DNA of 60,302 nt, counting the filler, from Hausera hauseri (taxonomy: Eukaryota), in the NCBI GenBank assembly GCA_046269625.1. It is 9 parts of 9 records of this genome, joined end to end, with 100 filler letters (N's around TTAATTAATTAA, not from the genome) between each part and the next. Parts side by side here need not be neighbours in the genome. Positions count along the whole stretch, not along the records: positions 8,122 to 14,108 come from JBJURY010157867.1; positions 14,209 to 18,936 come from JBJURY010459023.1; positions 19,037 to 23,030 come from JBJURY010833304.1; positions 23,131 to 27,191 come from JBJURY010786757.1; 5 more parts are not named here. The stretch is one strand, 5' to 3'. The notes under the pieces are model-generated. The model searched no databases. It was not told the DNA's origin and was given only the letters and a program-made list of their open reading frames with translations. The first letter of the stretch is position 1. Every line of letters begins with the position of its first letter. Of this stretch, positions 13,060 through 25,974 are shown one piece after another. Made by a program: the position numbers and the translations under genes.

Positions 13060-14108
13060 TGGCTTTATTTCTGTTTTAACAACTTTTTGAATCGATACTT
13101 CCTCTTCTTTACCATTTTTGTTAATGTATGCCGTAGCTGGTGTGGTTCGGATAACTTCATAAGGTCCTCGTCCGGTACGAGTAAGTTTTAATGAGGTGCT
13201 TTTCTTTGCGACTGGGTAATATCCATAGACCCAGTTTCCTTTTTCTAAATCGTTAGGTTTGGCCTTTTTATCGTATTGTTTCTTAAACTGTTCTTGATAC
13301 TAAAGAGTAAGTGTCTTAGCTATATCCCAACATTTTTGTAATCGCATTTGTAAGACTTCTGCGAAATTGGGTTCTAAATCTTCCGGATTTCCGTGATACG
13401 GAGTCATCACTAAGTCCGTAGGCAAAATCGCTTTACGTCCATACATCATAAAGAACGGTGTAAATCCTGTGGCGTGATGTGGAGTAGTATTGATAGCAAA
13501 TTGTGTTTCTTTTAAAAATTCATCCCAGTCCTTTTGATCCTTCGCTACTACGGTTGATAGGACACGTATAACTGTTGCATTCGTACGCTCGACCATCCCA
13601 TTGCACTGAGAGTGATATGCGGTAGTAGTTCGTCGTTCAAATTCAAAGATTTTAGAAATTTTGTCAAATAATTCGCTTGTAAAATTATTTCCTCAATCGG
13701 TTAGTATTTGATCGGGCGGTCCATATCTACAAATGATTTTCCTTATCACTGCGTCGTCTAGAGTTTCTGACTTTTGATCAATTAGTGCGATCAATTTCAC
13801 AAAGTGTGTGAAACGATCTACGAATGTCAAAATGTATTTATTATTTTTATGAGTCGTAGGTAAAGGTCCTATTATATCTATAGACATAGCCTGCATAGGT
13901 CTATCTGGTACGTCGATCGGTTTCAATTCTGCTACATAGTTTTTCACTTTTCTTTGTTTCGTTGCACAGACTTTGTAAGCGTCCACCCAGTTCTTCACGT
14001 CGATATAAACATTTGGCCAGTAGTACTTGTTCAATATCTTTTTAATGTTTTCTTCCATGACATATGTCCCGCTAGATGTGAATCATATTTAGCCATTAAT
14101 AGTTCCGT
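13060..14108 (-). mobile_element. Decayed Gypsy integrase (third family), cut by the contig end
   Basis: HLAGH...YYWP, IDIIGPLP, VDRFT, ILTD*G, YHSQCNGMVERTN, NTTPHHATGFTPF, GPY module. Confidence 0.92.
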
Positions 14109-14208
14109 NNNNNNNNNNNNNNNNNNNNNNNNNNNNNNNNNNNNNNNNNNNNTTAATTAATTAANNNNNNNNNNNNNNNNNNNNNNNNNNNNNNNNNNNN
14201 NNNNNNNN
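14109..14208. other. Artificial contig linker
   Basis: Same 100-nt N/TTAATTAATTAA block. Confidence 0.99.
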
Positions 14209-15309
14209 TAAATAGCTTTTATATATACCGGCACTTCTTCATTATTTTCATCATATCTATGATTTTCTCATGTGTTTTATGTCCTAACACAAAATTAGAA
14301 TATATTAGACAATCCCAATGAATTTGCTGATTTTTACGCATAACATAGATCTTTGTAACTTTTAGTTGAAACTTGTACTTGTGCATTATACTCTCCACAT
14401 TTCCTTTTTCTCCTGAGACTTATTTCATTATTTTAAATTACAGGATATTATACAATTTTAAGATTTAACGAATTTACACACACATTCAGTGAACAGAAGA
14501 TAACTTTCACATATATCTTGGCACTTGTGCATTACATCATCCACATCAACATTTTTTCGTTCTTCTAAGTACTTTTAAACTTTGTATCAACTACTATTCG
14601 ACTCGTTTAAATTATTTAATGCGCCACTTTTAATATACGGATGATAGTCCGTCCAAATAAAACGAATAAGTACCGTACAGCAGTATTCGGCGAAAAGTCC
14701 ATAATTGTCCAAACGATATACGCAATCGTGTTCCCCTTGACTTCATCCATTTTATCGATTTCCTCTCTAAATGTTTCATCTTCTCTTCTACACTACTAAT
14801 TCCTGGTGTTCGATTTGGACTTATTCGTTAACATGTTTTCAATTCGAATTTCATTATCATTCGGTTGCTGTTTCACCATATTCTAAACACCCTGTTTTTC
14901 ATTTATTAGAGATGAAAACTTCGTGCGACCTCGCGTGTCGCCAAGTTGACTCTTTCATAGGAACCAACCCTTCTCTTTTAATTTTCCTACCTCTCTCACC
15001 TCACCCGATCATTTTTCGAATGTCAACAGGAGCCGCACTGTATCTACACTCAATCACAACACATTCTATTGCATTTCCATACCTATTTTACATCTTCATG
15101 CACGCAGATTTTCTACAAACAATCTCCATTCCACACAAAATTCACGTGATAAACATAAAAATATATGTACAATATACCTATATACAACGTCACCATTCAC
15201 CCACTCCGTTCTGTACATAAACATACGCATACTCCCACACATACCTATAAATATACTATATACACCTTTCTTCTTCTCTATTTCTTCTGTCTTCCGGATT
15301 ACCAAACTA

Positions 15310-15720
15310 GTCAGTCGGGTTCCAACAGTATGCCTCTACAAAGTAGGCTCGGTTGTGAGGAAATGCTTGTCGTCCAACATAATCAATGATAGTCTGATCA
15401 CGGGGATTCTTGAATAACACCAAGTAGTGTACGTTTAGATGTCTTGTTCGGTGCTGTCGGCCCTGATGGAACATGTTTTGCGTAATGAAAATAACCGTCA
15501 CACCACGGTGTCATGCGATCTTCGTGAACAGGTTGTTGAATTCCGATTGTTTCGCGGCTTCCTGAAATAAATCGTCAATAACAATAACGTCACCGCTGCG
15601 TAATCATTCAGGCCAGTTCGCATCAAACCAATCAATTACCGTTACGGATTTTAATTTACAGAATTTCTGACGTGTCAGGCCGGACTCTCTATCATCACCA
15701 CTCTCCTGATGCCAGTAAAT
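15310..15720 (-). pseudogene. Polinton/Maverick packaging ATPase (A32/FtsK-like) fragment
   Basis: DVIVIDDLFQEA (Walker B)...LFTKIA*HRGVTVIFITQNMFHQG...LNVHYLVLFKNPRDQ...RQAFP...FVEAY. Confidence 0.88.
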
Positions 15721-18700
15721 GTGATTAAACAGCGGCGATTGGAATATGTCTCGGTAGTTCTGCAGCAATTTGCAAACAGTGGAAATTCTTCAATATTTTA
15801 CGTAATAAATTTATTATAATGTTATTGCTACATATTCGAATTTCGTTTTTGTGCGATCGTGTTTCCTTCTTTACGTATGCTACATACATTATAGTTCGAA
15901 ACGTTATTAATTTCTTATCACAAAACTCTATATTCCTCGTCTTTCCACTTAATCCAGATCCCGTAAGACCCAGTTTGCAAATTCTGTTAAACCCCAAAAT
16001 TCCCTTATCCAATATATAATTATATAAAAACACATTTACATTAATATTACAAACATACCTTGCCATTGTTTTCTCGGTGCTGCTCCGTGGGGATTTTCTC
16101 CACCTTATACCTTTCTTTCCATTCAACCATTCTATTGTTATCAGACACACTTACATCTTTACAGCTCAAGTCAGCCAACACAGAAATGGAAAACAAAGAA
16201 TAACCAACAACGATATTATTTAAAGTACCTTTTATGAACCATCGTCTTTCTACAATTATTACAAATCCAACGTCATTCGCGCCTTCACAAATTAATAGAA
16301 ATGGTTTATCATCAGTACCCTTTTCACTCGAATCTCCTGCATTCGTTCGTTCCTTCAATTCCCATCCGCTCGTTACTCTCCTTTCTCTCTGTGATAAGGC
16401 ATTTGTATCTAATTTTCCCTTCTATCCCTTTCTTATGTAATGGTCGGGATATAAGTTCGCAAAAATATATAATGAAAACGGATAATAAATCTATCATGTA
16501 TTACTTCCTTTATCTTCATCTTTTCTCCTTTGAAGTTTGTGGTAATGACTAAACTTGTATAATTTTCAATATCATTGTGAGACGTCTCCTTTGTTTAATC
16601 GAGTGTTCTTTTATTGTATAATCTGGTATCAGTCCAGTGGGAGTCACAATAAATTTTCCTTGAACTTAAAATGAATAATTTGAGAAGTAAACTAGACAAT
16701 TGGGAAAGAGAGTTTGATTTCGGTTTTGGCTCCTCTTTCCGACTATCTTTCATTATTTTTCGACGAGGATCGGTATGTGTACGCTTTAAACATTTTTTAA
16801 CTATGGTATGAATGTTTCATTTGGCCAACTTTGCTACGTTATGATGAAATTGATGTTTGAATTGGTCACTGCCAAAAGTTTCTGATAGCTGTATTGTAAA
16901 TTCATTATTGGAATTTTTATCGATTTCTTTATTTTAATTCCTTATTGCTGTCGTTGCATAGCAATGAATGATCGTCGTAAGTGGCTTCATAAATTATATA
17001 AAGAATTAAATAGTGGTTTCATAATGAATTTATATGGTTTTAAAGAAACCATAAATCATAGTGGTTTCTTTTATAATTCATAAATGGTGCTTATAATTTC
17101 AAATGATACACAGCACTTTACGGACTCCAATATTAGAATAATTATACCCTTAGTATTATGCTCTTGAATGCAGTATCAATGTTATGAAAATTCTACCCTT
17201 TTTGTTTCGTTCTTATATGCAAGTACCAATATTACAAGAATTCTACCTGTTGTATTATTTATTAATTTGAATTATTTTACTATATGTCTATTTCCTGCTA
17301 GCCTATATTCTACTGCTTCTGAATACTTATTCTTGTCCATTTTACTTTGGTCACCTTCAATGATCCTTTGATCTCTATTCGTCAAATTCATCTTCTTTGT
17401 GTTCCTCGCATTTTGATGTGAACTTGAACATTCTGATTCGTGTATCGGTCATTTTCACTAAAATTCTTTGTTTCATTCAACAACAGCTTCCATAACTCAA
17501 TGATAAGTTCCATTTCTATATGCGCTTTGCAGGTGAATATCTTTAATGAAATTACCATTTATTAAAGGAACGATGTCATCAATCAACCGTGCCCGTTTCC
17601 CACTCCATGGTCTGCGGTATATTTTACATCTTCTTTCCTAATTTGTTACGCTCATCACATATTTCCATCTTCAATCATGTTTTTCTCCAAGCAAATTCAT
17701 TCTCAAGCAAATTAATATGTTAAACCTAAAACTTTATATGTGCAATATATATAATATTAATATGCCAGATGGCGGTAATTTTGTAGAGCGTGGTTGAACG
17801 GTGAATTTGCAAATAAACATAAAATTGTAGGATTCATAAGAAGAGTGGCAAGTGAGGGGCGAGTATGAATTATCTGAAGATGGTGAGTTCGAGTGGCGGT
17901 TCGGTAATCCAGGGTAGCCTGCGCCTGTTTTATAAGGATCCAAATTGGATGAATAAATTAATCAGATAATAGAATTCCAAAAATCTATGGATAGTGGTGT
18001 CGTTTAAGTAGTAATCCGACATATAAAAGATTTAATGTAATTCGGAATATCGGTATTGATCTAATCTGAAGGTCCGAGACTAGTTATATCTTATCCGGGG
18101 TGAAAGAACTAAATAATCGCCTTGTCATCATAATCATGTTTGATGCTACATAAACCTTTGCAACTACCAAGTGCGTAATACTACTATTTCCCATTCACCG
18201 GCACTCCATTAATTCAGTTAGATAGACATGAAATTAATACAAAGGGAAGTCTAAAATTTCTTCTGGTATGATCTGACTATATATAATATAAGGTAATCAA
18301 AGTTGCAATTTCATAAATAATGTATTTAGAAACTTTTGCAGAATCATTATCATTATGACATTAAATGTGTAGGGTCTTCCATTCTCAACTCGTTATAAAA
18401 GACAATCAACATGTATTATCGCTATATCAGTTCGTCGGTTTATAATTGGTCACACTGTTATTACTGTTGAGAGATTTAGTTGCATACGCATTAAAATAAT
18501 CATCAATTGAATACGAAACATGATTCGTATACTGGTTAACATATAAGGAAGTCTCTCATCTATCCTCTCTGTTGCCATCATTTATCCGTCATTCTTGGTC
18601 AGACGGGTCGGCATATGATTCTTGTTCTTTGTGATTGTATTGTTTTCAGCGCAAGTGATTCGTATCGGCTACTTAATGTCTCTCTTTTGACCGTAGTGAT

Positions 18701-18936
18701 TCCCTGTACATTAATACAGTGAGAATTATACTTCGTTCGTAGATCAAGGTCACTGCCCTTTCATTGACAATGTGAATATGCTTTTCGTGAAATATCGTCA
18801 TGATACTTTAATAAAATATTTACATTTAATCATTTTTATCGGCTAAGTTAAAATTCTCAAATGATAAGAGAAGGAATTTACTCAGAGGTTCTCTTTGTAC
18901 TCCTAATTGATCAACATCTCGTTCGGCCATTCTTGG

Positions 18937-19036
18937 NNNNNNNNNNNNNNNNNNNNNNNNNNNNNNNNNNNNNNNNNNNNTTAATTAATTAANNNNNNNN
19001 NNNNNNNNNNNNNNNNNNNNNNNNNNNNNNNNNNNN
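18937..19036. other. Artificial contig linker
   Basis: Same 100-nt block. Confidence 0.99.
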
Positions 19037-19047
19037 GGCACTTTTTG

Positions 19048-19126
19048 GATCGATAGTGCACAGTGTGCACTATCGATCGGCACATGTGCAAAATCGATTT
19101 ATCGATTACCCCCACCCCGGGGTGGG
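19048..19126. repeat. Cluster of perfect palindromes
   Basis: 19048-19078 15-bp stem with 1-nt loop; 19080-19089 gcacatgtgc; 19091-19100 aaatcgattt; 19111-19126 cccaccccggggtggg. Confidence 0.95.
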
Positions 19127-20640
19127 ACCGAAGGCACATTTCCCCCATACTGTCTGAGGTTGTTCCGGTCCCGTTTCGTGGCATTTACAAGGCGAAGCTG
19201 GTGCATGGCCGGTGTTGACACTGGTCACCTCGGGATGTCGTCCCTCGTTGGCTTTGTGGTCAGGGATCAACCGGCTTACTGACAGACTTACTGATTCAAA
19301 CAATTGGTCCACGGCCACCATCAGCCGGATAACCATCGTCATGAATCTTGTAGAACCGAAGAAACGCCTATTTCCGCCGCCCGCGTAGAATTGGTTGAGG
19401 CGCACTACAGGTAATGCATAAGGGACATGTACCGGAAGTCTAGTAAGGTGTCGTACAAACCGGCTGCGGTGTAGCAGTTTGCTTGCCATTCGGAAATCCG
19501 AATATGACCGGCAAAGGATAGGTCGTCTCATCGTTTGGTGACACATTTTTAGAGACTTGGTCATTTGGCAACCAGCCAAAGTATTTCTTTTTGATACACT
19601 TTCCAACTAAGAATTATTTCCATAGTACTTAAAATGAGTTCCGATGCAAGCTCATTCGTTTGCTCGCGGGATTCCATGTCCCTGAGTCATACCTGTGATT
19701 CGCTCGATGTAGAATTACTCAACGGGCGCTTCCAATGATCGGAATTGGTCTTTTCTCAGGTATCGTCGCGAGATTCGCTCGTCGGCCCCATTCTCGGTGA
19801 CTGAAGACTCCACACGAGCAATGTATTTGACAGACGATGTGTCTGACTCCGTCTCATATTTGCAAAATACTTCCGTTAGATGTATAAACCCGTCTTTCGT
19901 GTCATTCTGATCCAGGTCGACTATACATGTAGTAGAGATGGCTTCATCGTCCGAGCTGATGAGGTCCACAACTTCCTTTCTTTTCCTCGTCGGTTCCAAG
20001 GGGGTGTCGTCCCGGTGGCTTCGGGGGTTTCGTACATGGGTCATGGTCCCATCAGTCATGGAATCGGTTATTGCATGGCTGTCGTTGGATTTATCGAATT
20101 GGGTATCTCGATCCCGATTACTCTTTCCTCTTACCTTGACGGCTTCCTTTCGTTTTCGGGTTCGGCTATTCTCGTAGGTCGGAAGGCCGGCACCGATTTT
20201 CCGATTTCCTGCATGTGCTTTCTGTCAAAAATAGATTCATACCTCGCGATCCCTTTCCTTCTAGTTTTCTCCTTCATCTTCAACTGCATTGGGTTTCTCC
20301 AGGTTTCTTTTCTGTTAAAGGTAGACCTCTCACCTTCGGTATCATTCATTTCAATTGTTTCTCCTTCATGATGGGTACGTTGACTTTTGAGGCTTTTCAT
20401 TTGGCCTACGCGGGTTTTGTTCTTTCCGTGCTTGCAACTCTGTATTTCGTCTCTTTCATACTCGGTGAATTGTTTTCTGGAATTTCCCTTTCGTCACGTA
20501 GGAAGATTGTCCTTTTCATTTCGGTCCTTCAGGTCCCGTTACCCGTTCCGTTCTCTTGCTTTCATTTTTTCAGTTGTCCGAGTATCTGCAATCTTTCACC
20601 CATGCTGGTAGAGTTTTCTTTCCTTTTTTAACAACTGCCT
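19106..20640 (-). pseudogene. Broken ORF(s) of unknown function, K/R/E-rich, in a GC-richer block
   Basis: Three collinear minus-strand ORF pieces (20131-20400, 19715-20059, 19106-19606); no family recognised. Confidence 0.3.
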
Positions 20641-22529
20641 TCATCCTTGAAAATGTATGTCTAAACAGAAATAGTTTAAAAATATTTAACAAGCATTTTT
20701 TTGTCCAGTTTTTTCGTGATATGATTCCGTGAATTCGTTATTAATCCTTTTGTATCAATTTCGTTATTACGCGTACATTAGCATTTCTGTACTAATTTCG
20801 TAAATTACTATTTTTACCTAAATTGGTATTTCCGCATTAAATATTTTTTGTAACGCAAAGCTTTACATTCACGAGTAGCATGATCACACGATCATTTCGA
20901 TAGGAAATTATTTTTCTAAAAGAAGTGAGTTATACTTTAGAAGTGCGTTAAGAAAGAACTTCCAATAAACAAGACTTAAAGCATATGCAGCACCATGTAA
21001 TATCTGTAGGAAGTCGGGCAATCTTTCTTCCTTGACAACGGTTTAAGTCAATTGCCGAAAGGTTCCGATATTGTATATCAAAGTGTGGTCAATAATGTAC
21101 AGTTTCAAGTTGTGAAGATCGTAAAAATATTTCTTAACTTTTCTCCAATATGCGAACAGTTCCCATCAATTTTCGATTTCTAATGGGCAGTTGATTCTTT
21201 TTAAAAGCTAAATAGCATTGACTCATGTACATATTTGGGCTACACCTTGACAGAACATAAAAAACTAATTATCAACCAAAGGGTGACAAAAATTTTACCA
21301 ACGCCCAAATTTGGTTTCTATATTGTGGGTTATTAAAGTAGTGCCGATAATTATTTGCATTCTAGGCAGATTTCAGAAGTTGACTTATTGAGGAGGCTTC
21401 GTCATGTATTTTGGTGAAATAACAATGTATTAAGAGCTGCTATTGATCGTCTGATTGAGCACACAGTAGAAGAGAATTTTTTCATGAGATTCTGAAACGA
21501 TGGAGTAGAAGATGATAGCGACCAGAATACCGACATTTTGTTAATATGTAAATAAATAAAACTATATAGTCTATTCTTGTAAGATAATTAACTATAACAG
21601 TATTTAGTATAACATTAGTTTGGTGTACTGTAAAAATTACTGGTATTCATAAAATTATTTAAATTCGCAAAAAGCAAAATAAGTTAGCCCCATTTATGCA
21701 CACTTTAATACTGAATTGATTTGATATTTTCCAAAGCTTCAGAATTAAATTAATTAATAATCAAAAAAAAAATTGCGAAAAATCTTCACTTCATACCTCG
21801 CTTGCCATTTTCATAATTACTTTTGTCAAAATAAAAATTTTATTTACATTAGTTTATCACTCTGATGATGTAATCATACATGGAATCGGAATTTTGCATG
21901 TTTACATTGGTGTGGTAAATATTTACCCGATACTACAGAGATCGGAAATGTTTGTTAATAATACGGTTCGACTTACACGTCAGGGCAGCTCGTTCGTAAA
22001 GGAAATATTAATGACAGATATCAATAAAATTAAAAATAACAAGTAATTGACGTAATATTACCTGTCAATTTTTTATTTTACTGCGATCAACTTCAATCAA
22101 TACTTCGATTCATTTTCATTGGTTTTTTTATTTTTATGAACAATATGCCATTAACCGTTTTTACATGGACTTCATTTATCCAATGAGTCGAATTTTTACA
22201 ATAACAGTACTTTACTTCTAGTCCGAATTCTACAAGTTCTGAATATGTAGTGTCAACCAATGAATTGTATCAGGTCATCTAGCACATTAGGGGTTTTGTA
22301 CAACCAGCTATGCTGAGTTCAAAAATTTATAGCAAAAAATCAACAGTTAGTTGAACGCTTCCTTTTTCCTATGCTAAATATTTAAAAAACCAGGTTTTTT
22401 TCCTCTGACAGAAATTCTCTACGTATATACTGGAGTTTATTAAATCCAAGTATCTCAGTTCCTTATAATATCTATAAGACTTACTGTGAAACACTAAAAA
22501 TAAAAACATTTCTCGTATCAGTTTTTATT

Positions 22530-23030
22530 TCTAGTTGTGCGGTAAAACAAAATCTTACTTCTTCTGAAATGATGTCATGAAGTCTCTGGACTTGACGACT
22601 GATGGAATGTAGCCATCCTTTACATTCATCTCGTAGAGTGATTTTGATGTCTGATTCACTGTTCTCACACATCGTTCGGCTCCTTGAGAGTGGCACGGTA
22701 TCATACTGTGAAGTGTTGTGTGAGAAACTGCTGAAATTCTTGATCAGGAGGTTCTTTGTGAGAGGTGATTCTTGATTATTCCACTGTGACCATCTTACTG
22801 ACTTCGTTTTTCCATCTCACCAGCGTTATATCTTTCCACCCATCAAAAAATATTGCTGTGATTTCTTTCTCAGCATTAATAGGATTTGCTGTGACGTTCC
22901 TTCTCAACTGCTGTCGGGCTCTCCATGCTTTGTGATGATCGACAACACTGATCTGATATTGTAGGCTAATAACACCGCAGTCCACCAAAATAACTGTGCT
23001 GATGACCGCAGTAGCTCTGTTTGATACTAC
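22530..23030 (-). mobile_element. Internally deleted hATm-like transposase
   Basis: N-terminal AIFFDGWKDITL is followed closely by C-terminal ESPLT...IPCHSQGAERCVRTV...KDGYI...SRDFMTSFQKK*DF (remembered motifs YFDGRKD and PCHTQAVERCVK). Confidence 0.82.
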
Positions 23031-23130
23031 NNNNNNNNNNNNNNNNNNNNNNNNNNNNNNNNNNNNNNNNNNNNTTAATTAATTAANNNNNNNNNNNNNN
23101 NNNNNNNNNNNNNNNNNNNNNNNNNNNNNN
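23031..23130. other. Artificial contig linker
   Basis: Same 100-nt block. Confidence 0.99.
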
Positions 23131-23189
23131 TCTCCTAGCTCTCAGCAACAGCTCATTACCTCACACACCTGCACCTCGTCAGCTCCTAG

Positions 23190-25370
23190 TTGAAGAACTT
23201 TCTGACGGGTTCTTATGCCAGGCATTCCTACCAAACCCTCACTACACGTTTGGTTCTACCGGGTCTGTCTGGCATCTTCCCCTGCCATCTGACCCAGCTC
23301 ACTACCAGGTGGTGCTCAGTTGACAGCTCAGCTCCTCTCTTCACCTGTGTGTCCAAAACAAGTGACTGCAAATAAGAAAACAAAACAATAAAGTCAATCA
23401 TAGATATAGAACCTAGGGCATCCTGGTGCCAAGTGCCTTTATGGACACCCCCATGTTCGAACATGATGTTTGTGATGTACAAACTATGACTAGTACAGAA
23501 ATCCAACAACAGAACACCGCTTGAGTTCAGATCAGAGAGGCCGTTCCTCCCAATCACGCCCCTCAACATCACACTGTCATAACCCACGTGTGCATTGAAG
23601 TCCCCCAGTAGAGTACAGGGGTCCCAAGCTGGTGCACCTTCTAGCAACCCCACCAAGGACTCCAAAAAGGCAGGATACTATAAACTGCCATTTGGTACAT
23701 AGGCATAAACTAGAGTCAGATCCTGTTCCCACACCCAAAGGCACAGAGAAGCCACCCTCTCATCTACTGGGGCAAACTCCAACACAGAGGCACCAAGTTG
23801 GGGGCCAAAAGTAGACCCACACCAGCTCGACACCTCTCACCATTGGCAACTTCAGAGTGGAATAAAATCTAGCTCCTCTCAAGAAAGTTGGTTCCAGAGC
23901 CCATGCTGTGCATTGAGGTGAAGCCAACTATATCTAGTCGGTATTTCTCAATGTCGCGTACAACCGCGGACTCCTTCCCTGCCAGAGAGGTCACATTCCA
24001 TGTCCCAAAAGCCAACTTTAGTAAGCCAGGGTCAGAGCATCAAGGGCCCCGCCTCTGGCCACTGCCCATGGCATTATGCAATCTACTTGTATGGCCCCTT
24101 CTGCAGGTGGTGGGCCCAAAAGAAGGCAAACCCATGTTTCTTCTTTGGGCTAGGGCTGGGCGATATGGACCAAAATTAACATCTATATTTTTAAGATAAA
24201 TTGCAATATACTATACATATATATATATATATATTTTTTTTTTCTTTCCATAAAGTAATAACAAAAAATATGTTGCTGAGTCAAAGATTTGTCTCAATAG
24301 TCACAGGCACATTTATTAACTGTACAAAATAAAAAATTAAATAATAATAAATAAAAAAAATGTAAAAATATTAAAGTTGGGTTTTTAGACATTTATTTAC
24401 ATAAATTAAATAATAATCCTCCCCAACTGCGCTGCCTTCATGCAGTTAAGCAGTGTGTGTGAAGCAGCAGTGAGAGGGGCTGCTTGTATTCAGCGAGGGA
24501 GAAGGAAGGGTCGTGTGAAGGTGGACAGGCTGAAAAAGGAGAACTACTGTACACACACAGATTTTCAAGTCTGACAGTGAGAGGTGACATGACATTAATA
24601 AAGCAGCAGCTTATCATATTGCTAAAGACATGATCCTTAGCGACTAACATGATGGCTAACTTTAGCCGTCTTGTTCCACAGTTGAGACTAAGACTGTGTC
24701 TTTTGCAATAAAAGCTGCTGTTTTATTAATCTCACGCAACCTCACTGTTCCTCTCATAAGGCATAGCACAGGTAAAATAGTTTTGTATTGTAGTTTGTTT
24801 CAGGGAAGGAAGCTGGTAAAACTTCACACAGCCGGAGCTGCAGTACAAAGTTTAACATACTCTTTATACTCCACTTTATAGAGCTGTTTTAAATCGTGAA
24901 AAAAGTGTGTTGGGCTTGAACTTTTCGTCTGGATTATTTTCGGCATTGTCTACAGAAAACATTTTTCTGCTACACATCTGACAAATTAAATCCAAACCAT
25001 CTCCAAATAACAGAACAATCTTGTTTTCCCTGCTGACAAACTGCTCTGCGAATTCTACATGCCTACGAAGCAGGAAACAGGGGGGAGCGGTTGAGGGGTT
25101 GGGTTGAGAGGAAGGAGGGGCCGTGTGGGAGAAAGAGAAGGCATATTTTCAAATATACATAACACTATATCGTTTATCCTGATATAGTCTCATCTTATAC
25201 TGCAAATGAAAAAATCTCAATATTTTTTTAGATATTGAGATATCACCCAGCCCTTCTTCGGGCTGAGCTTAACCGGTCCCTATAGGTAGAGATCTGGTCA
25301 GGCACCTGCCAACGTGCCCCTCCCCCAGGCCTGGATCCAGGGTGGGGCCCTGAAAACCTACATCCGGGTT
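23190..25370 (-). mobile_element. RTE-clade LINE (Rex3/Expander-like) 5' region and APE endonuclease, interrupted by a hAT insertion
   Basis: [10 protein letters not shown]...GVIGRNGL...LLLDFC...ITNIMF...MIDF...[16 protein letters not shown]; LINE-like sequence resumes at 25256. Confidence 0.88.
24151..25255. mobile_element. Non-autonomous hAT DNA transposon
   Basis: TIRs tagggctgggcgatat ... atatcacccagccctt; 8-bp target duplication ctttgggc (24143-24150) / cttcgggc (25256-25263). Confidence 0.88.
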
Positions 25371-25974
25371 ACTACTACTACTTAAGCTTTGACTGACCAA
25401 AACTTTTATTTATTGAGTGAAAGTTTTCACAGAGCATTTTAACATTACAAACCCTGCACCAGTCACTTAAAGGGATTGTCTGGTCATTGGTGAAGCTAGG
25501 CTAATGGCTAGCCAAACGAGAGGCCAACGTTATCGTCATGCACATTCTAATTGACACATAACTGTCTATATAAGCTCAGTACTGAACAAAAGTGTTGGTT
25601 TATTAACCATTATTCATTATTAACCAATACAGCATTCTTTCACACGAGTATGTTGTGTATGAGAAAGAGTTGGCATGAAAAATTATATTAAATGGGCTTT
25701 TGTTTGGCTAGACATTAGCCTAGCCTAGATAAAGACTTTTGCCTCTTTTTCCATACTCTATGCTGTATGACTAATACATTACTGCTAAGATAGTAACTAC
25801 TGATAACTTTTGGACATAACATCACTTCAAAAATGACTACACTGTCTTTTTTTTCTGACACTTTTGATGAAGACAGACACTTTCTTTTCCCTGTCCTCCC
25901 TCCCTCCTGCTTTTGCTCTTGTCCTGTGGATCTTTCTCAGAGCCTTTCTTTACACATCTTCCTAATCATAAAGT

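Noticed and set aside
17020-17085. Small AT-rich hairpin (aaagaaacca / tggtttcttt)
   Set aside because: It is short, AT-rich and has no TSD; it could arise by chance.
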